Both the position numbers and the translations under genes were made by a program. Source: Candidatus Krumholzibacteriia bacterium (GTDB lineage: Bacteria > Krumholzibacteriota > Krumholzibacteriia > G020349025). Taken from it: a stretch of DNA of 64,000 nt. Positions 22,490 through 32,078 of this stretch are shown in pieces. The notes under the pieces are model-generated. The model was not told where the DNA came from. It saw only the letters and a program-made list of their open reading frames with translations, and did not search any database. Location of the stretch: NCBI GenBank assembly GCA_035649275.1, contig DASRJW010000009.1, positions 3,771 to 67,770 on the forward strand, read 5' to 3'. Positions within the stretch are counted from its first letter, which is position 1; each line of letters opens with the position of its first letter.

Positions 22490-23455
22490 ATGCGGACGTT
22501 TCTCATCGACACCGACACCGCATCGGACGACGCGGTGGCCCTCTTGATGGCGCTGCGCTGGCCCGATGTCGAGGTGGCCGGGATCACGGTTGTCGCTGGC
22601 AACATGCCTCTGGAACGCGGAGCCCGCAACGCGTTGTACACCGTCGAGGTTTGCGGCGCCGCGGTGCCAGTGTACCTGGGCGCGGCAAAGCCGCTCGAGC
22701 GCGAGAACTATCACGCCGAGTGGTTCCACGGGGACGACGGCATGGGCAACATGCACTATCCGCTGCCCGCCGGACGGCCGTCGACGCAATCGGCTGTGGA
22801 CGCGATCCTCGAGATCGTCCGCCGGCACCGAGGCCTCACACTCGTGACCCTGGGCCCGTTGACCAACATCGCTCTCGCGGTCAGGCGTGATCCGAGCTTC
22901 GTACACGGCGTCGGGCGCGCCGTCGTGATGGGCGGTGCCGCCTGTACCGCCGGCAACGTGACGCCCGCCGCCGAGTACAACATCTGGATCGATCCGGAAG
23001 CGGCGCGCATCGTATTTCGATCGGGCCTGCCGATCGAAATGGTGGGCTGGGAACTGTCGCGCGGGAGCGCCAACTTGCTCGGGCCCGACATCGAAGAGAT
23101 TCGCGGCTTCGACAACGAACTCGCCCGGTTCACGCTCGACAGCAATCGCGTCGTGATGCAGTCGACCCGCACGCAGAGCCGCGACCCCGGTCTGGGTCTC
23201 CCGGATCCCGTCGCGATGGCGGTGGCACTCGACCCCGAGGTGTGCACATCCAAGAGCCGGCACTACGTCGATGTGGAAACGGGAAGCGAACTCACGCGCG
23301 GTATGACCGTCGTCGATCGTTTCGGGCGCGCCAAGGACGATATCAACCAACCGGCGTGGGGCGCGCTGACCAGCCGCCCGGAAAACGTCACGGTCTGCTG
23401 GGCGATCGATGCCGTGCGGTGGAAGCGGATGCTGTTCAGCGTGCTGCGAGGGTGA
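22490..23455 (+). CDS. Nucleoside hydrolase (IU-NH family)
   Basis: N-terminal IDTDTASDDAVAL (DxDxxxDD) calcium/ribose-binding aspartate cluster; divergent from rbsK with 26-nt spacer. Confidence 0.85.
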   Translation: MRTFLIDTDTASDDAVALLMALRWPDVEVAGITVVAGNMPLERGARNALYTVEVCGAAVPVYLGAAKPLERENYHAEWFHGDDGMGNMHYPLPAGRPSTQSAVDAILEIVRRHRGLTLVTLGPLTNIALAVRRDPSFVHGVGRAVVMGGAACTAGNVTPAAEYNIWIDPEAARIVFRSGLPIEMVGWELSRGSANLLGPDIEEIRGFDNELARFTLDSNRVVMQSTRTQSRDPGLGLPDPVAMAVALDPEVCTSKSRHYVDVETGSELTRGMTVVDRFGRAKDDINQPAWGALTSRPENVTVCWAIDAVRWKRMLFSVLRG

Positions 23456-23674
23456 ACCCGACGTCATCGGCTTCCCCCCCACAGCCCCCACGCGTCCCCC
23501 CGGAATGGATCGGCCTGGACCGAAGCCGTACGTGCGCGCGAAGTGGTCATTGTACCCCCCGCCCGTGACGTGTAGGATCTCAATTCCGATCCGATCTGGG
23601 CTCCCGCGGCACGCTGGGTTGGCGTCCGCCGCCCGCACGCAGGGATGCCGACGCCTCGACCGGGGGAACAGACC

Positions 23675-23962
23675 ATGTCGAAGTTCTTGATCGAAGTCCC
23701 ACACGAGCCGGAGATGGTGGCCTGTGCCAGGGTAGTGCGTGTGTTTCTCACCACGGGATCGCACTTCCTGGCTGGTGCCGAGTGGGGATGCATGGACGGC
23801 GACCACCGCGCGTGGATGATCGTGGACGTGGAGGACAAGGACCAGGCTCGCGCCATCGTGCCACCGCCGTTCCGGTCACAGGCGAGGATTGTCGGTCTGA
23901 ACCAATTCTCGATCGAGGCGATCGACGACATCTTGAAGCGCCATGGTGCCAGCAACGCCTGA
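23675..23962 (+). CDS. Small hypothetical protein (95 aa), orphan
   Basis: ORF preceded by GGGGGAAC RBS-like purine run; no recognisable motif. Confidence 0.4.
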   Translation: MSKFLIEVPHEPEMVACARVVRVFLTTGSHFLAGAEWGCMDGDHRAWMIVDVEDKDQARAIVPPPFRSQARIVGLNQFSIEAIDDILKRHGASNA

Positions 23963-24091
23963 TCACGGAGCCGCTTTCTCCGCTCGCCCGGCGCCCGGGC
24001 GTACGGCAGGTCTCGGTGTATCAGATGCCGAGCTCGGCCCCCATGTGTCGGTGTAGCGTCGGCTCTCACGCGCAACGAGGAGATCCCCGGC

Positions 24092-26032
24092 ATGGCCGCT
24101 TTTCGTCCCCACGTCTTCGCTTTGTGCCTCGCAACCGCCGGCATCGCGTACGCGGATTCCCAGCAGCCCTCCGCTCCCGCGCTCGCGAGCGACACGCCCG
24201 ACACGTTCGTGACCACCAAGGATGCGTTCGACTTCGTGAGACGCGAGGAAATGATCCCCATGCGGGACGGGGTGAAGCTGAAGACCGTCATCCTGATCCC
24301 GAAGGGCGCAAAGAACGCGCCGATTCTGCTCACACGCACGCCGTACAACGCCAGCCGGCGTCTCTCGCGCTCCGAGAGCCCCCGCATGGCGTCTGTTGTG
24401 CCGCAGATGGACGACACCGCCGTGGACGCCGGTTACATCATCGCGTACCAAGACGTACGCGGTAAGCACGGCTCCGAAGGCGATTACGTGATGACACGGC
24501 CACTGAAAGGGCCGCTGAACCCGACCGACGTCGATCACGCGACCGACGCCTACGACACCATCGACTGGCTCGTGAGGAACATCCCCGAAACCAACGGGCG
24601 TGTCGGTACGGTCGGGGGCTCGTACGAGGGCTACACGACCGTGATGTCGGTCGTGAATCCGCATCCCGCATTGAAAGTCGCCGTGCCGTTCGCGCCCATG
24701 GTCGACGGCTGGGTAGGCGATGACTGGTTCCACAACGGTGCGTTTCGGCAGGACGGAACGCTCGCGTTTATCTACGGCCAGGAAGGGACGCGCAAGAGCG
24801 GCGAGACCTGGTGGTCGAGCACGCGCGACACCTATGACGAATACCTCCGCGCCGGCTCGGCCGGCGCGATGGCCCGATCACGCGGCCTCGATCAGCTCGG
24901 CTTCTGGCGCGCACTCGCGACACATCCCGCGTACGACGCGTACTGGCAGAACCAGGCCGTCGACAAGATCCTCGCCAAGGAACCGATTACAGTGCCGATG
25001 ATGATCGTCGCCGGCTTGTTCGATCAGGAGGACATCTACGGCGGCCCGGCGCTCTTCAAAGCGCTCGCCCGGAACGATCCGACAGGCCAGATGATCCACC
25101 TCGTGCTCGGCCCGTGGAATCACGGGCAAGGCCGGCGCGAAGGCCGCGGCATTGGGCAGATCCTGTTCGAGGGCGACACCGCGACGTGGTTCCGCCGCAC
25201 GGTGATGCAGCCGTTCCTCGATCACTACCTGAAGGACAGCCCGAAGCCGGACACTCCGCGTGTGCTCGTGTACGAGACCGGCGTGGATCAATGGCATCGC
25301 TACGATGCGTGGCCGCGCGTCTGCACGGAGAACTGTCAGGAGCGTTCGCGCAATCTTTACCTGCTCGCGGACGGTAAAGTCGCTTTCGACAAGCCCGCGG
25401 CCACGACCCCAACGAAGTACGACGAGTACATTTCCGATCCCGCCAAGCCTGTGCCCTACCGCACGCTTCCGACATTGGCTTCCTCGGCGCCGGATGCCAA
25501 GTGGGGTGAGTGGCTCGTCGACGATCAGCGCAATGCCGCCGCGCGGCCGGACGTGCTCGTCTACGAATCCGAGCCGCTCACGGAGCCCGTGCGTCTCGCA
25601 GGCCAGCCAATCGCGAATCTCTTCGCGTCGACGACCGGTACCGACGCGGACTGGGTGGTGAAGATCATCGACGTGTGGCCGTCCGAGGATGTCGATCACC
25701 CGACGCTCGGCGGCTATCAGTGGATGATCTCGGCGGATATCCTCCGTGGCCGTTACCGGCAGGACCCTGCGAACCCCAAGCCGCTCGAAGCGAACAAGGT
25801 GCTCGAGTACCGCTTGGCGCTGCCACACGTGAGCCACACGTTCCAAAAGGGCCATCGGATCATGGTGCAGGTTCAATCGACATGGTTCCCGCTCTACGAC
25901 CGCAACCCGCAGAAGTACGTGCCGAACATCATGTTCGCCAAGCCGGAGGATTACGTGAAGGCGACGCACCGCATCTGGCACACGCCCGAGAACGCGAGCT
26001 TTATAGAGTTTCCGGTGACGACGGCGCGCTGA
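24092..26032 (+). CDS. CocE/NonD-family hydrolase (S15 X-Pro dipeptidyl-peptidase-like), secreted
   Basis: Signal peptide; GGSYEGYT nucleophile motif; about 640 aa with C-terminal beta-sandwich typical of S15 family. Confidence 0.8.
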   Translation: MAAFRPHVFALCLATAGIAYADSQQPSAPALASDTPDTFVTTKDAFDFVRREEMIPMRDGVKLKTVILIPKGAKNAPILLTRTPYNASRRLSRSESPRMASVVPQMDDTAVDAGYIIAYQDVRGKHGSEGDYVMTRPLKGPLNPTDVDHATDAYDTIDWLVRNIPETNGRVGTVGGSYEGYTTVMSVVNPHPALKVAVPFAPMVDGWVGDDWFHNGAFRQDGTLAFIYGQEGTRKSGETWWSSTRDTYDEYLRAGSAGAMARSRGLDQLGFWRALATHPAYDAYWQNQAVDKILAKEPITVPMMIVAGLFDQEDIYGGPALFKALARNDPTGQMIHLVLGPWNHGQGRREGRGIGQILFEGDTATWFRRTVMQPFLDHYLKDSPKPDTPRVLVYETGVDQWHRYDAWPRVCTENCQERSRNLYLLADGKVAFDKPAATTPTKYDEYISDPAKPVPYRTLPTLASSAPDAKWGEWLVDDQRNAAARPDVLVYESEPLTEPVRLAGQPIANLFASTTGTDADWVVKIIDVWPSEDVDHPTLGGYQWMISADILRGRYRQDPANPKPLEANKVLEYRLALPHVSHTFQKGHRIMVQVQSTWFPLYDRNPQKYVPNIMFAKPEDYVKATHRIWHTPENASFIEFPVTTAR

Positions 26033-26069
26033 CGAGCGATGTGTTACGCCTCACCCATTCTTTACCCTC

Positions 26070-28067
26070 TTACCTTGGGACGGATGTCACCGTCGGTACG
26101 GCCTTGTAAACGTACTCGTGCTGTGCGTCGCGCAGTGTCAGCGTCTCCCCGCCGACGACGAACTCCAATCCGCTGAAGCCGGGGACGATGGTGAGGAACG
26201 AGATCGTGCCATCGGGGTTCTGGCGCGACGCCACCTCACTCGACCACTCGCCGAAGTCGAAACCCGTCGCCGCTCCCGTCTTGTTCACGATGATCTCGCC
26301 GACCGCCGGGTTCTCATATCTTGCGGCGAGCTTGCCCGCCTCGGTGGCGTCGGCAGGAACCGTCAGGAGTTTGCGCTCGGCGGCCATCTCGTCGAAGAAC
26401 GTTTTCGCGCTTGCCGCGATTTGTCCATCGGCCTCTGCGTTGCCGTCGAACAGCACTTCGAGCAGCTTGCGGCGGAACACCGAACGCACGAGCCAGCCAG
26501 GATCCCCATTCGTCAGGATCACCGCGCCAACGCCGTGCTCCGGTAACCACATCATGTCGCTGTGAAACCCGATCATGTCGCCGCCGTGATGGACGACGGG
26601 CGTACCATACTGCGAGTTCACGAACAGACCCATGCCGTAGGTGATGTCCGTGCCGACCACCACCTGTGGCGCGCGCCGCGCCAACAGTGCTTCCTTCGAG
26701 ATATAGCGCTTGCCATCCGGCAGTTTGCCCTCACCGAGCTCCATGGCGACGTACTTCATCATGTCGTTCACTGAGCTCCATGCGCCACCCGCTGGGCGCA
26801 CCGGCACGATGGACAAATTCGTGCGAGCCTCCGCCAGGGCCGGCTTGCCGTCGATGTCAGGAGCATGGGCCGTGGCGACGTTGCCCTTCTGCGCCTCAGC
26901 ATAGTCGTGCGTAGTCGCCTTCATACCGAGCGGATCGAACACCAATTGATTCATCGCCTTGTCGTACGCCGCACCAAGTTCGAGGTTCGGGAATACGACA
27001 TGTCCGCCGAGGAACCCGGCGGCCGCGGCCATGGGGTTCGAGTACTGGAACAGCTCGCCGAACTTGCTCGTCGGTTGCATCGTCGCGAGCACGGCCATCA
27101 CCTTCTCGGGTGTGACGCCATCGAATTCGAGTAGCCACTCGAGATCCTGGCGTGGCATGCCAGTGCACGCACAGATGAGGTGCTTGATCTGGACCTGACT
27201 GGTGACGCCGGCGTCCCCGAGCTTGAACGACGGCAGCACCTTCGCCGCCGGTGTGTCCCAGGCGAGCTTTTTTTCGTCGACCAGCTTGGCGAGCATCAGG
27301 GTTGCCATCGCCTTGGTATTCGACGCGATCATGTACCTGGTGTCCGCATCGACCTTGGAGGGCTTGCCGAGCTCGCGCACGCCGAAGCCTTCGGCGAGCA
27401 CCACGCGGCCATTTTGGTAAATACCCACCGACACGCCGGGCACACCGGTGAGCTTCATCGACGTCTCGACGAACCTCCTGAGCTCCGCCAGGCGCGCATC
27501 GTCGAGTACGTTCGCCTTCTTACCGGCGAACGACTCTCGGCTTCGTCCCTTCGGCAACAGCTTGCCAAGGATCAAACCCACTTGGGCCGCGCGCTTCTCG
27601 CCGATGGCCTGCGACATGTCGTAGATCGCCACCGTCCACGTGTCGTTGGCCCGCCGCACGTCCACACCGACATCGCGTTTCTCGTTGGGCGAAGTCTGGT
27701 ACGAGTATGCCTTGCGATCGGTCCAGCCATCTTTGTCGGCTATCGGCGTGGTGACCTTGAGCGGCCACTGCGCGCCGGGCTTGTATGCGCCCCACGCAGC
27801 CGCGACTGCGGCGTCAGCGGTCGTGGCGTCCGCCGCGGCCACATCGACGAGAGCGATGAAAGATCCGCCCTCGGGTGCCTCAAGGATCGTCGCTGGTCCA
27901 CGCACGACCACCGACCATCCGGCCGGCGCGACGAACGTGTTACCAGCTACAGTCGTCTTCGGCGTGTCCGCTGTGAGCCGCTCGTCGGCGAGGGCCCATC
28001 CACCCCACGCGCCGCCGAGGCCGACGAAAGCGACGAGGAGAATGACGGAGACCTTGGGTGCGCGCAT
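26070..28067 (-). CDS. Serine hydrolase of the beta-lactamase/S12 peptidase family with C-terminal extension, secreted
   Basis: Signal peptide; SxxK motif (ASNTKAMAT); 665 aa. Confidence 0.75.
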   Translation of the reverse strand: MRAPKVSVILLVAFVGLGGAWGGWALADERLTADTPKTTVAGNTFVAPAGWSVVVRGPATILEAPEGGSFIALVDVAAADATTADAAVAAAWGAYKPGAQWPLKVTTPIADKDGWTDRKAYSYQTSPNEKRDVGVDVRRANDTWTVAIYDMSQAIGEKRAAQVGLILGKLLPKGRSRESFAGKKANVLDDARLAELRRFVETSMKLTGVPGVSVGIYQNGRVVLAEGFGVRELGKPSKVDADTRYMIASNTKAMATLMLAKLVDEKKLAWDTPAAKVLPSFKLGDAGVTSQVQIKHLICACTGMPRQDLEWLLEFDGVTPEKVMAVLATMQPTSKFGELFQYSNPMAAAAGFLGGHVVFPNLELGAAYDKAMNQLVFDPLGMKATTHDYAEAQKGNVATAHAPDIDGKPALAEARTNLSIVPVRPAGGAWSSVNDMMKYVAMELGEGKLPDGKRYISKEALLARRAPQVVVGTDITYGMGLFVNSQYGTPVVHHGGDMIGFHSDMMWLPEHGVGAVILTNGDPGWLVRSVFRRKLLEVLFDGNAEADGQIAASAKTFFDEMAAERKLLTVPADATEAGKLAARYENPAVGEIIVNKTGAATGFDFGEWSSEVASRQNPDGTISFLTIVPGFSGLEFVVGGETLTLRDAQHEYVYKAVPTVTSVPR

Positions 28068-29141
28068 GGCCGTTCCTCCAGCCCGAGGGGATTATGGACC
28101 TCCGCACGGAGCAACTCTTTGTGGACTTGGAACTTACTCAATTCGAAACCTGTCGTCAACTCGCCGAAGTCCCATCGCTCGGGCGCGCGCGAGCTCGTCT
28201 TGTGTGAAGCCCGCGGCATGCAGCTCGCTCTCGATCTCGAAAAAAGGACGGTTGTCCCAAGTCGGTAGACGGATTCCGATCGCACGACCAGGAACGAAGC
28301 ATCGTCGATCGTGAGGCGGCGACGTAGGCGCGCTCGAGCCCTGTCGACCTCAGCCCGAAAGGCAACGCTCTCGGCCGCTACTATTGGAAACTTTTCGATC
28401 AGCTCACTCCCCGGGTTTGAATCGGCTCCTGACGCCGCGCAGAGCAACTTCCGATAGCACGAGACTCACGATGTCCCGCATCCATGACCCTGGATTCGCT
28501 CGATCAGTTCCCATTCCGCCAAGCCCCGGCGTGCTCGCCCCGGTCGGGAATGTTTGGAAGCGGCGGCGGCCGGCTCGGCGGCTGCGTGGAGCAATTCGAG
28601 CGCTCGTTCCTCGTCTAGTGAGGATTCGGACGAGCGCCTCAGACTCCGGCGCTCATGGCGGAGGGAAGCAACTGGCGGCCCGCGGGGCCCGTCCCCTCCT
28701 GCATTCCAGACGCATCATCATGTGCGCGGCACCTTGTATCCACACCAGGCTGGACCATGAATTGCTTAAGCGGACGGCAAGCCGGGACGGAGTCCACGGT
28801 GACACAGGCGCAGATCAGCCTGACTCGCCCGGAGTGCCAGACGTCGGAGACGTAAAGCGCGGGCCGCCGGTTCTGCACCTCCTCTCGAATCTATGTAGGA
28901 GTACGGAGCCTCGCGATCGCAACAATGCGTGGCCCTTTCCAGCCACCAAGAAGTCACTTGCTGGCGTGTCCGGTTTCTGCTTTAACACTCCGTTTCAGGG
29001 GTGTCTCATGGAACTGCCGCGAAACATATCGCCCCTGGCGTCTGCACTGTGCCCAGTCCTCGGGCCGGCCCCATCCCGCCTTGCCCGATGGCGGGACCCA
29101 CCGCTTGGCTGACACGGTTCCCTAATTGAAGGAGGAGCGCG

Positions 29142-29699
29142 TTGCGTGCTTCGCTCTTCGCGGTAAAGCTTTCCCTCCTACCCTCTGCGCTGGCGCTGTC
29201 TGCCGCCTCGGCCGGCGCCACGACCTTGATCCGGCAAGGGCTGGACCACCTCACGACCGGTAACGAAACAATCGTCCAAGCAACCGTCCTCGACATCCAC
29301 AGTTACTGGAACGCCGACCACCAGTTCATCCTCACCGACGTGCGCCTGCGGCCCTCGCGAATCCTCAAAGGCGAAGCGTCCGGCGACATGATCTGTACCC
29401 TCATGGGCGGATCCGTCGGGGATGTGACGACCCTCATCGTCGGCGGGGCGGACCTCGCCCCAGGCTCCGAGTACGTGCTGTTCCTGGCCCACGACGATCT
29501 TCCAGGCGCCGCGAACCGGCTGACGATCCGCGACCACTCGCAGGGCGTCTTCGAGATCGTGGGTAGCCGCGCGTTCAGCCAGGCCATCGGCGACCCCCTG
29601 CTCCCCGACGAGCACGGGAAAGTCGACGTTCCCGGCGGCGACGATGGTCTCGATCTGGATGAACTGATCGACCAGGTCCGCTCGCACTCCAACCGCTGA
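29142..29699 (+). CDS. Secreted hypothetical protein (185 aa)
   Basis: Signal peptide LLPSALALSAASAGA; GGAGGAG RBS upstream; stop overlaps next start region. Confidence 0.5.
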   Translation: MRASLFAVKLSLLPSALALSAASAGATTLIRQGLDHLTTGNETIVQATVLDIHSYWNADHQFILTDVRLRPSRILKGEASGDMICTLMGGSVGDVTTLIVGGADLAPGSEYVLFLAHDDLPGAANRLTIRDHSQGVFEIVGSRAFSQAIGDPLLPDEHGKVDVPGGDDGLDLDELIDQVRSHSNR

Positions 29700-29716
29700 T
29701 GTCTAGGAGGGTCACC

Positions 29717-30685
29717 ATGCACAGAATGACCAACCAGCAGGTAACGGCCGCGGTCGCGTGCGCGTGCGCCGGACTTCTGCTCACATCCAGATCCGAGGCC
29801 TTCCGCATGATCCGGAATGCCGGTGTCGGACGCACCTCCTCGGGGTCCACCGTGCCCTGTAATGACCCCGGCGGTTTCGTACACTGGACGACGTCGTCGG
29901 TCGGATGGTCGCTCAACCCCGCCAATCAGGGCAGCAAAGCGGGCGTGGTGGGAGCGCTCCAGAATGCGATGACCTCTTGGAATCAGGTCACACCGGCGAG
30001 TTACACGGTGGTCTATATCGGAACGACCAGCCGCGGGTTCACCACCGATGGCGTCAACACCGTGATGTGGTCGGTCGGGAACGGTTGCACCGGGGGTTGC
30101 CTGGCGATCACTGCCCTTGTCCTGCTATCCGGCCAGGTGATCACCGAAACGGACATCTCGTTCAACGACGCCGCGACCTGGAACACCAACGGGAGCGACT
30201 ACGATGTCCAAGCGATTGCGGCCCACGAGTTCGGTCACACCCTGGGCATCCACCACACCGAAGTGAAGAAAGCAAGTAACCGGCCCACGATGTATGCCAA
30301 TTACATCGGCCTCTCCGGCCGGACCCTGGAGAGCGACGACCGCGACGCCCTGAATTGCTCCTTCAACCGCTATCGGCCCGCCGTTCTTGTGGTGGCTGGA
30401 GTGGAAACCGGGAACAAGACCATGGCCACGCTCAGCGCGCGCCCGAACCCGCATGGCGCCAACCTGCGTTTCCCGCTCATGCACGAGGACCACGTGAGGC
30501 TCGATCTCTTCAACGTCGCTGGGCGCCATGTCGCGACCCTGGTGGACACCGAGATGGGGCCCGGCGAGCACGAGGTGGCATGGGACGGCGCCACGAGTCA
30601 GGGCCAGGTCGCGAACGGCGTGTACTTTGCGCGCCTCGCGACGCGCGAAGGCCGGACCAGCGCCACCGTGATCCTTGCGCGGTAG
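29717..30685 (+). CDS. Matrixin-like (M10) zinc metalloprotease with C-terminal FlgD-Ig/T9SS-like sorting domain
   Basis: HEFGHTLGIHH zinc-binding motif followed by Met-turn (PTMYA); C-terminal ...LDLFNVAGRHVATL...WDG...GVYFARL... domain; ATG at 29699 also possible. Confidence 0.75.
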   Translation: MHRMTNQQVTAAVACACAGLLLTSRSEAFRMIRNAGVGRTSSGSTVPCNDPGGFVHWTTSSVGWSLNPANQGSKAGVVGALQNAMTSWNQVTPASYTVVYIGTTSRGFTTDGVNTVMWSVGNGCTGGCLAITALVLLSGQVITETDISFNDAATWNTNGSDYDVQAIAAHEFGHTLGIHHTEVKKASNRPTMYANYIGLSGRTLESDDRDALNCSFNRYRPAVLVVAGVETGNKTMATLSARPNPHGANLRFPLMHEDHVRLDLFNVAGRHVATLVDTEMGPGEHEVAWDGATSQGQVANGVYFARLATREGRTSATVILAR

Positions 30686-30750
30686 ACGGGCTGCACAGCA
30701 AACGTGGGCGAGGCCCCGATGAGCTGGCCTACGCCGTGTAAGAAAATGAA

Positions 30751-30804
30751 GGGGACGCGCCGCCAGCGTAGGCTGCCTTCAGCCCAGGCCGGAGCGCGTC
30801 CCCG
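30751..30804 (+). terminator. Perfect 10-bp inverted repeat (GGGGACGCGC...GCGCGTCCCC) with about 34-nt loop, 66 nt downstream of the M10 protease stop
   Basis: Seen directly: ggggacgcgc at 30751-30760 and gcgcgtcccc at 30795-30804; no T-tract, so not a canonical intrinsic terminator. Confidence 0.3.
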
Positions 30805-31037
30805 GTAGCGACGATTCAGCCGAGCCGTACCCAAGACATGCGTGGGACCCTAGGTGACGACCGGCCCCTGTCTCGTCGCCATTTGTGAAACGGAGCGGCA
30901 ATCTCCTTCCCCGCGGTTGCTCGAAAGCGACCTAGCCGAGCTCTCAAGGAACCGACGTTTGGAGGGGCCGCCGAGGACCGGCATGCCGATGCTCTGTTGC
31001 AACGAGCAATCGGCACCTTCGGCGTATCGATTGTCGA

Positions 31038-31424
31038 TTACTGCGCGCAGGCCTCAAGGGCCAGTGGCGAGCTCGAGGGCGCGATCCCAATCGGGCCGAT
31101 GTCGACAACCTGCTGGGGGACGAGCTCGTTGACTACGGCCTTGCCTTGCTTGTTGGATTGGAAGGTGACGAACGCAACTCCGCCGGTGCAGTCGATGGAC
31201 CCGGCCAAGGAGATGGTCCCGATGTACTCGGTGTTGGGCGCCAGGTTGTCCAGGTGGACCTGGATCCGCGTGCTGCTCTGCTGAGGCATGTCATTCAGTC
31301 GGGCCTCGCCCGAGACACCCTGGGCTGTAAGCGGTGTGAACGACCTCACCTCTGGCTTGGCCGCGAGAGCGACGGTGGCAGCAAGAACGACGACCAGAGC
31401 CAAAGGCAACGAGAACTTACGCAT
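31038..31424 (-). CDS. Small secreted hypothetical protein (128 aa)
   Basis: Signal peptide LPLALVVVLAATVALAA; GAGGAG RBS upstream on minus strand. Confidence 0.5.
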   Translation of the reverse strand: MRKFSLPLALVVVLAATVALAAKPEVRSFTPLTAQGVSGEARLNDMPQQSSTRIQVHLDNLAPNTEYIGTISLAGSIDCTGGVAFVTFQSNKQGKAVVNELVPQQVVDIGPIGIAPSSSPLALEACAQ

Positions 31425-32078
31425 GACTCACAACTCCTCACCTCATCGGATCCGCGCATGCTTGAGTGCACCGATACTAGCAGCGCAGCGAAAGACGTGT
31501 AAATCGGGGAATCCACCACACGTACCTTGTGCGTCACCACACACATGAGAATCGCGTAAATCACATCGTTACGCGCCTCGCGGTTTTTCAGCACCTGATA
31601 TCTGTGGTGGGGGATGCCCTGATCTCACATCTCAACGTGAGTAGGAATGGTGAGTTCGCCTTCGGTCCGTGCAACATTCCTCATGCTTTCCCCACATGTC
31701 CCTGGCAACGTGGTGGAAACGCATCGCAAACGGGAAGACCTGGACAGCTTGCGTGAGGGCCTCGTTCGGCTCCTGCTGGCGAATCCGTTGTGAAGACGTC
31801 AGATCGAAAGTCGGTGTCCTCGAGACCGCGACAGCGATTTTCGCAGCCGTCCCGTTCAACCGCTCCGGTACTCTCTCCGCGCGGAGCGAAACTGACGCTA
31901 CCGAGGTGACTTACGCTTTTCGTGCGCGTTGGGCGGGCTCTGGAGTGCTTTCCTCGGGAACTTGGAAGGGTGCCAAGCGGTTCTTCTGGTAGGCGGTCCT
32001 TCCGCGTCGACGGCACCTTGACAGGGGGCGGGCCAGGGAGAGAAACGTTCTTCTCGTGGCGCAAGCTTCACGGCTGCG

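Noticed and set aside
27947-28447. 166-aa minus-strand ORF partly overlapping the S12 hydrolase start; suspected transposase or regulator remnant
   Set aside because: No recognisable transposase/HTH motif, no clear RBS, and it overlaps a confident gene. Kept only as part of the unexplained-island finding.
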